64,000 bases of DNA from an uncultured Chloroflexia bacterium (GTDB lineage: Bacteria; Chloroflexota; Limnocylindria; Limnocylindrales; CSP1-4). Positions 11,805 through 21,253 of the stretch are shown here, in pieces. The position numbers and the translations under genes are program-made. Position 1 is the first letter of the stretch. Each line of letters starts with the position of its first letter. The notes under the pieces are model-generated. The model did not search any database and was not told the origin of the DNA. It was given only the letters and a program-made list of their open reading frames with translations. Location: the NCBI GenBank assembly GCA_963768655.1, contig CAVYIM010000006.1:128001-192000 (forward strand), in the 5' to 3' direction.

Positions 11805-14072
11805 GTGGCGCATCGGATCGCGGTTGGCGTTTCTGGAACCGGCAGCAACCTGCGTGCCCTGCACGCCCTGGCGTCGCGCTGCGCGCTCGACGCGGAGATA
11901 GCCCTGGTCTTCGCCGATCGCCCCTGCGCCGCCCTGGATTGGGCCGTGGAGCAGGGGCTCGAGACGCTGCTCGTGCCGGCAGCGCCACGGGGCGACGCCG
12001 CCGCCCGGGCCGCCGAAGACGCCATCCTCGCCGAGTCGGTCGGGGCCGTCTCGCCCGAGCTGGTGGTGCTGGCGGGCTACATGCGGCTCGCGGGTCCGGC
12101 GATGCTGGCCGCGTTTGCGGGCCGGATGATCAATCTCCACCCGGCCCTGTTGCCGGCGTTCCCCGGTGCGCACGGCGTGCGTGACGCGCTCACCGCCGGG
12201 GTCAAGGTGACGGGCGTGACCGTCCATTTCGTCGACGACTCGCTCGACGGCGGCCCGATCATCGTCCAGGAGGCCGTCCCGGTCCTGCCCAACGACACCG
12301 AGGAAACGCTGTTCGAGCGCATCCACGCGGTCGAGCACCGGCTGCTCCCGCGCGCGGTCGGCCTGTTCCTGGCCGGCGCGCTCTCGATCGAGCCGGAGGG
12401 TCGAACCGTCTGCATCGACGCCTCGAAGGCTGCCGCGAAGATGCCGGTCCCGCGCCGGGCCCTGCTCTCGGTCTCCGACAAGACCGGCCTGCCCGAATTC
12501 GGGGCCGGCCTGGTTCGCCTGGGCTTCGAGCTGGTCTCCACCGGCGGCACGGCTCGGGCGCTTCGCGCCGCGGGCCTGCCCGTCACCGACGTGGCGGCGG
12601 TCACCGGCTTCCCGGAGATGCTCGACGGGCGGGTCAAGACGCTCCACCCGCGGGTCCACGCGGGGATCCTGGCCGATCGCCGCGTGACCGCCCACCGCGA
12701 GCAGCTGGCCGCCGCCGCAATCGACCCGTTCGAGCTCGTCGTCGTCAACCTCTATCCGTTCGCCGCAGCGGCCGAACGGCCCGGCATCTCCTTCGAAGAC
12801 CTGGTCGAGGAGATCGACATCGGTGGGCCCTCGATGGTCCGCGCGGCCGCGAAGAACCACGCCTCCGTGGCGATCGTGACCTCGCCGGCTCGCTACGAGT
12901 CGGTTCTCGCCGCGATCGAGCGCGACGGTCGAGTGGGGGAGGGGCTCCGCTCCGCGCTGGCAGTCGAGGCGTTCCGCCATACCGGCGCCTACGACGCCCG
13001 CATCGCCGCGGAGCTGCCCGGCCGGATGGCCGAGGAGGGTTGCGGCCTGCCGGACGAGCCGGGCCTCCCCGGCGCCACCGACCCGTACCCGCCGGTCCTG
13101 GTCATCGGCCTGGAGAAGGTCGAGACGCTGCGGTACGGCGAGAACCCGCACCAGCAGGCCGCCCGGTACCGCCGCCCCGGCACGAAGAAGTGGGCCGGGC
13201 CGTTCGCCCTGGGCGGCTCGATCCTGCAGGGCAAGGCCCTGAGCTACAACAACGTGCTCGACGCCTCGGGCGCGTACAACATCGCCCGCCAGCTGCGCGG
13301 TCCGGCGGTCGTGATCGTCAAGCACACCAACCCGTGCGGCGCCGCGGAGCGCGCCACCCTCGAGGAGGCGTGGCTGGACGCTCTGGCCGGCGACCCGGTC
13401 TCGGCCTACGGCGGCGTCGTGGCCCTGACCCGCGAAGTCGACGCCGCCACGGCCGCAGGCCTGGCGTCGATCTTCCTGGAAGTGATCGTGGCGCCGTCCT
13501 ACTCGGCGGCCGCCCTGCAGATCCTCTCGAAGAAGGCGAACCTGCGGCTGTTGGAGGATTCGGTCCTCGGATCGGACGAGCTCGCGCCCCCGCCCGATCC
13601 GACGGGCTCTCTGCGCGTCGCCGGCGGCGCGGTGCTGGTCACCGCCCCGGACGTCCTGCCCGACGACCCGAAGACGTGGAAGATGGTCACGTCGCGGGCG
13701 CCGTCAGCCGGGGAGCTGCGCGACCTGGATCTGGCCTGGCGGCTGTGCCGCAGCGTCGTCTCGAACGCGATCGTGCTGGTCAAGGATGGCATGGAGATCG
13801 GCCTCGGGTCGGGCCAGACGAGCCGGGTCGACGCCGCCCGCCAGGCCGTCGCCAAGGCCGTCGCCTTCCACGGCGCCGACGCGCTGAAGGGCGCCGCCTG
13901 CGGCTCGGACGCGTTCTACCCGTTCCCCGACGCGTTGGAGGTCTGTCTCGAGGCGGGCGTCACCGCCTACGCCCAGCCCGGCGGCTCCATGCGGGACGCC
14001 GAAGTCATCGCCGTCGCCGAGGCCGCCGGCGCCGCGATGATGGTCACGGGAGTGCGCCACTTCCGGCACTAG
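11805..14072 (+). CDS. purH: Fused GAR transformylase (PurN) and AICAR transformylase/IMP cyclohydrolase (PurH)
   Basis: The N-terminal ~200 aa carry SGTGSNL, LAGYMR and NLHPALLPAFPG (PurN). They run without a stop into RALLSVSDKTG, GRVKTLHP, IDIGGPSM, RYGENPHQ and GVRHFRH (PurH). Confidence 0.96.
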   Translation: MAHRIAVGVSGTGSNLRALHALASRCALDAEIALVFADRPCAALDWAVEQGLETLLVPAAPRGDAAARAAEDAILAESVGAVSPELVVLAGYMRLAGPAMLAAFAGRMINLHPALLPAFPGAHGVRDALTAGVKVTGVTVHFVDDSLDGGPIIVQEAVPVLPNDTEETLFERIHAVEHRLLPRAVGLFLAGALSIEPEGRTVCIDASKAAAKMPVPRRALLSVSDKTGLPEFGAGLVRLGFELVSTGGTARALRAAGLPVTDVAAVTGFPEMLDGRVKTLHPRVHAGILADRRVTAHREQLAAAAIDPFELVVVNLYPFAAAAERPGISFEDLVEEIDIGGPSMVRAAAKNHASVAIVTSPARYESVLAAIERDGRVGEGLRSALAVEAFRHTGAYDARIAAELPGRMAEEGCGLPDEPGLPGATDPYPPVLVIGLEKVETLRYGENPHQQAARYRRPGTKKWAGPFALGGSILQGKALSYNNVLDASGAYNIARQLRGPAVVIVKHTNPCGAAERATLEEAWLDALAGDPVSAYGGVVALTREVDAATAAGLASIFLEVIVAPSYSAAALQILSKKANLRLLEDSVLGSDELAPPPDPTGSLRVAGGAVLVTAPDVLPDDPKTWKMVTSRAPSAGELRDLDLAWRLCRSVVSNAIVLVKDGMEIGLGSGQTSRVDAARQAVAKAVAFHGADALKGAACGSDAFYPFPDALEVCLEAGVTAYAQPGGSMRDAEVIAVAEAAGAAMMVTGVRHFRH

Positions 14073-14104
14073 GAGGGGCGGCGAGTGCGAGGTCGTCGGT
14101 CGTG

Positions 14105-15388
14105 ATGATGTGGAAGGCCGGGCGAGGGCTCAGCTCGGCCGCGACCAATTCGGCGAGGCTGTGTTCGCGGACCCGACGGGGAACCGCCGGCGTCGTCGCC
14201 CTGGCCACGACGTTCCTGGCGGTGGCCGTGGCGGGTTGCGGCTCGCCGGCGGCGAGCGTCTCCCCGTACGTCAGCCCTGCCCCTGCCCTCACGCCTGGAG
14301 CGAGCGCCAGCCCGACCACGGTGGCCACATCCGGTGCGTCCGCCTCGCCGCCCCAGGAGGGTGGCACCTTCAGGGACGGCGGGAGCCCGGCGGCCAATCT
14401 CGATTTCAGTCTCGCAACTCTTCTTCTCGACGGACGGGTCCTGTTCGCCGGCGGGCTCGAAGGTACTTCGGAGTTGTACGACCCGACGACCGGGACATTC
14501 CACCCAAGCGGATCGGGCCTTGGACGGTCCAATGACACGGCCACGCTTCTGCGCGATGGTCGGGTGCTCATCGTCGGGGGCGTCGACGCCGCGAGCCCGT
14601 ACGGAGACTACACGGCGTCAGCGGAGCTGTACGACCCCACAACCGGGACGTTCAGCCCGACCGGCAACATGGCAACCGCCCGGGAGAACCAGACCGCGAC
14701 GCTGCTCGGGGATGGTCGCGTACTCATCGTCGGGGGCGATCAGGAAGCTGGCGCCGACGACAACGCTCTGGCCTCGGCCGAGCTGTTCGACCCGGCCACC
14801 GGCAAGTTCAGCCCGACGGGGTCACTCAGGACCGCCCAGACCGGTCAGACTGCCACTCTCCTCAATGACGGCAGGGTCCTCATCGCCGGCGGCCTGGATA
14901 ACTCGAGCAATGTCGCTCAATCGGAGCTGTACGACCCGGCCACCGGCAAGTTCGGCCTGACCGGCTCGATGATGACCCCGCGTAGCGGCCAGACCGCCAC
15001 GCTCCTGTCAGACGGCCGCGTTCTCATGGCGGGAGGTTCAGACAACGCCAATCAGTCCCTCTCGTCGGCAGAGATCTACGACCCCGCGACGGGCAGGTTC
15101 ACCCGTACCGGCTCGATGACTGAGACCCGTGATAACTTCCTCGCCACGCGACTCCTGGATGGTCGAGTTCTCCTGGCGGGTTGCGGTAACGCTTGCACCG
15201 ACGATTCGGCCGAGCTGTACGACCCTGGCACCGGAACCTTCACGGCTACCGGCTCCCTGCCGCCTGGGCTTGCGGCACAGACCGCCACGCTGCTGCCCGA
15301 CGGACGAGTTCTGCTCCTACTGGAGGACCACTCCCCCGAAACGAGCGGCAAACCACCTGTGGCCACGGCCGAGCTGTACCAACCCTGA
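14105..15388 (+). CDS. Kelch-repeat (7-blade beta-propeller) lipoprotein
   Basis: Hydrophobic signal ending in the lipobox VAGC, an S/P/T linker, then seven ATxLxDGRVL..GG...SAELYDP repeats. The start codon is uncertain. Confidence 0.85.
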   Translation: MMWKAGRGLSSAATNSARLCSRTRRGTAGVVALATTFLAVAVAGCGSPAASVSPYVSPAPALTPGASASPTTVATSGASASPPQEGGTFRDGGSPAANLDFSLATLLLDGRVLFAGGLEGTSELYDPTTGTFHPSGSGLGRSNDTATLLRDGRVLIVGGVDAASPYGDYTASAELYDPTTGTFSPTGNMATARENQTATLLGDGRVLIVGGDQEAGADDNALASAELFDPATGKFSPTGSLRTAQTGQTATLLNDGRVLIAGGLDNSSNVAQSELYDPATGKFGLTGSMMTPRSGQTATLLSDGRVLMAGGSDNANQSLSSAEIYDPATGRFTRTGSMTETRDNFLATRLLDGRVLLAGCGNACTDDSAELYDPGTGTFTATGSLPPGLAAQTATLLPDGRVLLLLEDHSPETSGKPPVATAELYQP

Positions 15389-15674
15389 TAGCCTCGAACG
15401 CCCTGCCGTCTCGGGTGCGATCAGGAGTCTCACTGGCCGGGCTTCGCGGGCCGCGGTAGGAATATCGGGCCCTTTCCCGCGCCACTCGCCGGGGTAGACT
15501 GCGCCAGTCGCCGTTGTGGTCGAGTGGAGGTCGTGTTCTGTGGCGCTGTCGACTCGCGGCAAAGTTGCGGCCGGACGCCCTTCGGGCGGTCACGGACAGG
15601 CCGCCAGTTCGATCGCCGCCGGCAACCTGACGACCGCGGCGGGCTCAGGGCTGCCCGTGCCGAGGTCCGAGTTG

Positions 15675-16691
15675 ATGTCTGCCGGACGAAGCATCGTCCG
15701 CTGCATGAGACGCGTCACGGCCGGGACCGATCCGAGCCGCTACGCCGCCGGCGACGTCACCCAGCTGCTCGGCGACGCGGCCCGCATCGGTGCGCTGGCC
15801 AGCATCCTCGACCCGGCCGCCGGCTTGGTCTCGCTCGCCGCCGTGGGTTCGGGCGCCGGCGCCGAAGGCGATTCGCCCGACGAAGTGGTAGAGCGGCTCC
15901 GCCGCAACTTCGGCCAGCTCGGATACCTGCAGGGTGTGCTCGACGAGAACCTCAGCCAGCTCGACGGGCAGCTCGCCGGGCTGGACGGACTCCCGGACGG
16001 CCCGGCGGCCGCTGAGCTGCCCGAGCTGCCGGCCGACCTGGCGGCACTTTCGGACGGGGAGCTTCGCGCGGCCCGGTCTGCCTGGGCCGTCCGCGCGGAC
16101 GCCGATTTCGACGCCCTCATTCGGGCGCAGGAAGAGATGAACGACCTCGACGATCGCCGGCGCAACCTCGACCATCAGGTCGACGCGATGAGCGATCTCC
16201 TGGCCCGCCTCGACGAGGCCGGCACCACTCTCGTGCCCGCCCACCTCGGAGACACGCTCTGTTACGGCCTCGGCTGGCACCTCGCCGGCGACTCGACGCG
16301 AATGTGCGGGTCGCTGCGAGAAAGTCGAGCGCAGGCCAGGGCTTCCGCGAGACCAACCGTGGCCGCGGCTCAGATGCCCGCGGCGGCGCCGGCTTCCTCG
16401 GCGGCTGGCCCGGCTGCGACGACGCCCTCTCCCGCCAGGTCCAGGGGCACGCCCTTCGCCGAATGGGCGGCGGCCAACAAGTTCGAAGGCGGCCGGCTCG
16501 CGATCCTGCAGTCCCTGGCCGGGTTGCAGCGCTGGTGCGGCTTTTACGACGCGCTGACCGGCACGATCCAGCGTCAGCTGGTCCAGCTCCGGGCGCACGC
16601 CGACGCGGCCAGCGCGGCACGGCGCCTTCTCTCGGCGGAGCTGCAGCGCCGCGCCCTCGAGGCGAGCGACAAGCCGGCGTCCGCCAGCTGA
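15675..16691 (+). CDS. Hypothetical alpha-helical/coiled-coil protein
   Basis: Long GC3-biased ORF with heptad-like L/Q/E patterns. The start is uncertain (15516, 15675 or 15705). Confidence 0.6.
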   Translation: MSAGRSIVRCMRRVTAGTDPSRYAAGDVTQLLGDAARIGALASILDPAAGLVSLAAVGSGAGAEGDSPDEVVERLRRNFGQLGYLQGVLDENLSQLDGQLAGLDGLPDGPAAAELPELPADLAALSDGELRAARSAWAVRADADFDALIRAQEEMNDLDDRRRNLDHQVDAMSDLLARLDEAGTTLVPAHLGDTLCYGLGWHLAGDSTRMCGSLRESRAQARASARPTVAAAQMPAAAPASSAAGPAATTPSPARSRGTPFAEWAAANKFEGGRLAILQSLAGLQRWCGFYDALTGTIQRQLVQLRAHADAASAARRLLSAELQRRALEASDKPASAS

Positions 16692-16831
16692 TTCCGGGTC
16701 GAAGCACGGTCGATCGCTCGGCGGCCAGGGACCGTCGAGCCGAAGCGCCGCGCCTGGGGGCAGTGCATGGCCCGCCGCGGCCGACCAGCGCGGCTAACCG
16801 TGGCGTGTCGGCCCTGATACCATCGGGCTCC

Positions 16832-18472
16832 ATGAGCCCACAAGATCGCTACTACATCACCACGTCCATCGCGTATGCCAACAACCGCCCCGGCCTCCAC
16901 ACCCTGTACGAGGTCATCGGGGCTGATGTCCTGGCGCGATGGCACCGCATGAAGGGCGATCGGACGCGATTCCTGACCGGCATCGACGAGCATTCGGTCA
17001 ACATCGCCCAGCGCGCGGCGGAGCTGGGCATGACGCCCAAGGCCTTCGTCGACGAAAACGTGGCGCTCTTCAAGGCGGCCGAGGACGCGCTGCTCATCAG
17101 CCCCGACCGCTTCATCCGGACGACGGATCCGGACCACATCCGGGCTGCCCAGGAGATGGTCCGCCGGGCCCATGCCAACGGCGACATCTACGTCGGCGAC
17201 TACGAGGGCTGGTACTGCCCGGCGGAAGGGTTCAAGACGCCTTCCGACGTGATCGAGACGGCCCAGGGAACCCGCTGCCCGAACCATCCGACGGTCGAGC
17301 TGCAGTGGCTGTCCGAGCATAACTGGTTCCTGCGCCTGTCGGCCTACCAGGCGCGCCTGGAGAAATTCTTCGAGGACCATCCCGACTTCGTCCAGCCCGA
17401 CTTCAGGCGCAACGAGATGCTGGGGTTCATCCGCGGTGGTCTCGAGGACTTCTCGATCAGCCGGTCGGGGACCGCCTGGGGCATCCCGTTCCCGATCATG
17501 CCCGACGGCTCGTCCGCCCAGCTTCCCGACGGCAGCTGGAATCCCGATGCCGGCACTATCTACGTCTGGTATGACGCCCTGATCAACTACGTCACCGGCG
17601 CCGGCTTCCCCGACGACCGCGAGGCCTTCGAGAGCTGGTGGCCGGCCGACCTGCACGTCATCGGCAAGGACATCGCTCGTTTCCACTCGATCTACTGGCC
17701 GGCGATGCTCTGGAGCGCCGGGCTGGAGGCACCGCGCCGGGTCTGGGTTCACGGCTGGTTGCTGGCCCAGGGCGAGCGCATGAGCAAGAGCCTGGGCAAC
17801 TTCCTCGACCCGCTGGACGTCGTCCACACCCTCGGATCCGACGGCGCCCGATACGTGACGCTGCGCGAGGTCGCCTTCGACCGCGACACGGACGTGTCGT
17901 GGGAATCGTTCGTGCGTCGCTACAACGCCGACCTGGCGAACGACTTCGGCAACCTGCTGAACCGGACCGTTTCGATGGCGAACCGCTACTTCGAAGGCGA
18001 GCGCCCGGCGGTGGGGCCGGCGGCCGGCCTGGCCGCGGCCTGGACCGGGACGCTGGCGACCTACATCGATCGCCTCGAGGGCTGCCTGCTGCACGATGCC
18101 CTCGCGGCCCTGTGGGAGTTCGTCGGGGCGGCGAATCGGCTCGTGGACGCGGAGCAGCCGTGGGCGCTGGCGAAGGCCGCCAGGGCGGGCGACGCGGAAG
18201 CCGGAACGCGGCTCCGGGCGGTGCTGGGCGACCTGGTCGAGGCCTGCCGCCTCGTATCGCTGGCGGCGGCCCCGTTCATTCCGCGGGCCGCTGCGCGGGC
18301 GCTGGCCCAGCTCGGCTACGAATACGGCTACGCCGCCGACGGCACTGGCGGGCCGGCGATCCTCGAGGAACTGCACTGGGGCGCTCGGGCCGCCGAAACG
18401 GGCCACCTCGGCGCCGCCGAGCCGCTCTTCCCGCGCCTCGAGACCGAGGCCGCGACCCCGGCCGCAGGCTAG
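16832..18472 (+). CDS. metG: Methionyl-tRNA synthetase (short form, no C-terminal tRNA-binding domain)
   Basis: YYITTSIAY, FLTGIDEH, FIRTTD, IYVWYDALINY, HVIGKDI, RMSKSLGN and YNADLANDFGNL motifs; adjacent to tatD. Confidence 0.95.
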   Translation: MSPQDRYYITTSIAYANNRPGLHTLYEVIGADVLARWHRMKGDRTRFLTGIDEHSVNIAQRAAELGMTPKAFVDENVALFKAAEDALLISPDRFIRTTDPDHIRAAQEMVRRAHANGDIYVGDYEGWYCPAEGFKTPSDVIETAQGTRCPNHPTVELQWLSEHNWFLRLSAYQARLEKFFEDHPDFVQPDFRRNEMLGFIRGGLEDFSISRSGTAWGIPFPIMPDGSSAQLPDGSWNPDAGTIYVWYDALINYVTGAGFPDDREAFESWWPADLHVIGKDIARFHSIYWPAMLWSAGLEAPRRVWVHGWLLAQGERMSKSLGNFLDPLDVVHTLGSDGARYVTLREVAFDRDTDVSWESFVRRYNADLANDFGNLLNRTVSMANRYFEGERPAVGPAAGLAAAWTGTLATYIDRLEGCLLHDALAALWEFVGAANRLVDAEQPWALAKAARAGDAEAGTRLRAVLGDLVEACRLVSLAAAPFIPRAAARALAQLGYEYGYAADGTGGPAILEELHWGARAAETGHLGAAEPLFPRLETEAATPAAG

Positions 18473-18487
18473 CTCGGGCGGGCGGCC

Positions 18488-19339
18488 GTGCGCCTGATCG
18501 ACAGCCACGCCCATCTGCAGTCCGAGCCGTTCGAGACCGATCGGGCGGCAGTCATCGAAGCCTCCTTCGATGCCGGGGTCGAGCGTCTGCTCGTGCCCGC
18601 CTGGGACGCCGGGTCGTCCGCTCGGGCGCTGGCCCTGGCGCAGGCCGATCCTCACATCGACGCGGCGGTGGGCGTCCACCCGCACGACGCCTCGGCCTGT
18701 TCCGAAGCCGATTGGTCGGAGGTCGTCCGCCTGGCTGCCGATCCGAGCGTCGTGGCGATAGGCGAAACCGGCCTGGACTTCGACCGCATGTATTCCCCGC
18801 CGGAGGCGCAGCTCGCCAACCTCCGACGCCACCTGCGCCTGGCCCTGGACACGGGCAAGCCGGCGATCCTGCATTGCCGTTCCGCGGAGGGGCGCCGAGA
18901 TGCCCAGGACGCGCTCCTCGCCGAGCTCCGGGCCGCCGGCTGCGGGGGAGAGGCGGCGCGCGCCGTCTTCGGAGATCGTCCGCCCGCGGTGCTCCACTCC
19001 TTCTCCGGACCTGTCGACTACGCCGAGGCCGCGCTGGAGCTCGGGCTCGCCATCTCGTTCAGTGGCCTGGTGTTCCGTCGAGGCGAAGAGGCGTCCGCCC
19101 AGGTCGCGCGGCTCGTCCCCGTTGAGCGGCTGCTGATCGAGACCGACTCCCCGTACCTCGCGCCTCCGGGCGTCCCGCGGGGCTCCGTGCCCGGTTTCGG
19201 CGGCCGGCGCAACTCGCCGCCGTGGGTCCGCGTCACCGGGGAGTGGCTCGCGCGGCAGCGCGGCGTGAGCCCCGATAGCATTGGCACAGGCCTCGTCGCC
19301 GCGTACGACGCCACTTTCCGGAGCCACTCCCCGGGCTGA
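18488..19339 (+). CDS. tatD: TatD family metal-dependent nuclease
   Basis: IDSHAHL, GVHPH, AIGETGLD and LLIETDSPYL motifs. Confidence 0.93.
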   Translation: MRLIDSHAHLQSEPFETDRAAVIEASFDAGVERLLVPAWDAGSSARALALAQADPHIDAAVGVHPHDASACSEADWSEVVRLAADPSVVAIGETGLDFDRMYSPPEAQLANLRRHLRLALDTGKPAILHCRSAEGRRDAQDALLAELRAAGCGGEAARAVFGDRPPAVLHSFSGPVDYAEAALELGLAISFSGLVFRRGEEASAQVARLVPVERLLIETDSPYLAPPGVPRGSVPGFGGRRNSPPWVRVTGEWLARQRGVSPDSIGTGLVAAYDATFRSHSPG

Positions 19340-19391
19340 AGGCACGCCGGGCTCGTGGACCGCCGGAATGCCAGCCATCGAGGAGACGACC

Positions 19392-20811
19392 ATGACGGAC
19401 CGGAGCTTCCAGTGCGCCAACGACGAATCGCGAGCGCGGCTCGCGCGACTCATCGCGACGCTCACTCCGGCCCGGGTGGGGGTCGATGCGGGCGGTGGCT
19501 GGACGGTGGCGTCGGCACTCGCCCACATGGCGTTCTGGGACCGCTGGCAGGCGGCTCGCTGGCGCGAGACGCTGTCCGGTGAGGGCATGGCCCCCACGCA
19601 GGACACCCGCGCGTCCGAGACCCTGGCCAACATCGCTCTTGAGTCGCTCCTGGCCGGGATCGCCCCCGCGGATCTCCCGGCGATGGCCCTTGCGTCGGCG
19701 GAGGAAGTGGACGGCCTCATCGCGAGCGCCCCGGACGTCACAGTCGAGGCGATCGAGGGAGGCGTGACCGACTATCTCCTGCACCGCCACCGCCACCGGA
19801 ACGAGCACATCGACCAGATGGAGCGGGCGCTCGAAGCCGCCTCCCCAAGGGTCGCAGACCGCAGTTTCGTCGCTCGAAACGCCGCCAGCCGGCAGCGCCT
19901 CGCTTCAATCGTGGAACGCCTGCGCGAGTCGGACATGACGCTGATCACCGAGGAGGGCGGCTGGACCGTGGCCCAGGCTCTCGCCCATGTCGCGTTCTGG
20001 GATCGGTCGACCGCAGCCCGCTGGAAGGTCGCTCGGGCGAGCTGCCGCCGAAGGCAAGCCCCTCGATCCGTTCCAGATCTCATATGCCCTGCTCGACGGC
20101 CTCAACCCGCCGCTGGCGGAAATGGTGGATGCCTGGACCGGCCGATTGGGCGTAGCCATTGGCCGCGAGACGCTGGACTCGGCGGCCGCGGTCGATGCGA
20201 TCATCGAGTCGCTGGCTGACAGCCTGCCGGATTCGCTCATCGCCGAGAAGCCCAACCTCGTGGGGCGCTGGGTTCATCGCGAGGCGCACATCGAACAGCT
20301 GGAGCGAGCGCTGGCAGCAGGACGTCCTGCGGCGGCTCCGGTCGATCGCTCGTACGACGCCCGCAATGAGGCGAGTCTGGCTCGGCTGCGCGATCTCCTG
20401 GGCCAACTTTCGGCCGCCGACCTTGCTCTTTCCCCCGGAGAGGGCTCCTGGACGGTCGGCCAGACGCTCGGGCATCTGACGTTCTGGGACCGCTTTCTCG
20501 CGTCCCGATGGCGAGCGGCGGTTGCGGCCGGGCCTGGTGAACAGCCGTCATTCCTGCCGCACGAGCTGGCCGATCTCATCAACGACGGGCTTCCGCCCAC
20601 CTGGTTGGCGTTCGCGTCGAGCTCGCCGGAGGCGGCCATCGCCGAGACGCTGGCGGCGGCCGAGGCGGTCGATAACCTGATCTCAGGCCTGCCGGAGACG
20701 GCGCCGATCGAGGCTGTCCTGGCCGGCCGACCGGCGCTCCTCGACCGCTCGATCCACCGTCTGGAGCATCTCGAGGGGCTGGAGAAGGCCATCGCCGCAC
20801 GCCGCGGATGA
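19392..20811 (+). pseudogene. Protein with three tandem DinB/MDMPI-like domains, split by a +1 frameshift near 20040
   Basis: Three repeats of DRS(F/Y)..N..S..RL..L....GWTVxxxLxHxxFWDR..RW...HRxxH. Repeat 2 switches from the 19281 frame to the 19987 frame at gctcgggcg-a-gctgccgcc. Confidence 0.75.
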
Positions 20812-20997
20812 CCTGGCGGGGCGGGTCAGCCCCGCCAGACCGGCCGGTTCGAGCTTCGATCCGGGCCGTCGATGTGTGGACAGCGCGCACCGCGGTGGGG
20901 CTTTTGGCCTACCCGTTCTAGTACATATGGCGTACCATATCCCGGCAATCGTCCGCCCTCCGTCCCCAGGGGTAGCTGTCAGTTGGAGGTAGAGAAC

Positions 20998-21138
20998 ATG
21001 CGCCTTACGTCTCGCGGCCAGGGCCTCGCGGAATATGCCCTCATCCTGGCGCTCATCGCCATCCTCGCGATTACCGCTCTGCTCTTCCTGAGCGGCCAGA
21101 TCGACTCGATCCTGAGCGCCATCGGCAACGCGCTCTAG
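20998..21138 (+). CDS. flp: Flp/type IVb pilin
   Basis: MRLTSRG|QGLAEYALILALIAI prepilin G/xxxxEY motif; RBS GGAGG. Confidence 0.9.
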   Translation: MRLTSRGQGLAEYALILALIAILAITALLFLSGQIDSILSAIGNAL

Positions 21139-21155
21139 GCGCAGGACCAACACAT

Positions 21156-21185
21156 CGAAACGGGCGGCACGAGCCGCCCGTTTCG
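21156..21185. terminator. Stem-loop between convergent flp and methyltransferase genes
   Basis: Perfect 13-bp stem: cgaaacgggcggc-acga-gccgcccgtttcg. Confidence 0.75.
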
Positions 21186-21253
21186 CGATTCCTGCGGGTC
21201 GCGCCCTTTTGGCCTGCGGCGCGGGCGAGACGGACCGGTCCCCCTGGCGGCCC

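Noticed and set aside
10431-13325. Very long antisense ORFs (for example 10431-13325, 16574-19741, 27801-29927, 35357-38722 beyond the GNATs, and 39689-41776)
   Set aside because: They are shadow frames of GC3-rich genes on the opposite strand, with no recognisable motifs.
14400-15388. Repeated nucleotide blocks as DGR template/variable repeats
   Set aside because: They are explained by kelch blades. There is no reverse transcriptase and no adenine-specific mismatch pair.
15490-15670. c-di-GMP riboswitch suggested by GGCAAAG and small hairpins
   Set aside because: The GAAA-tetraloop/receptor arrangement and P1 pairing could not be built.
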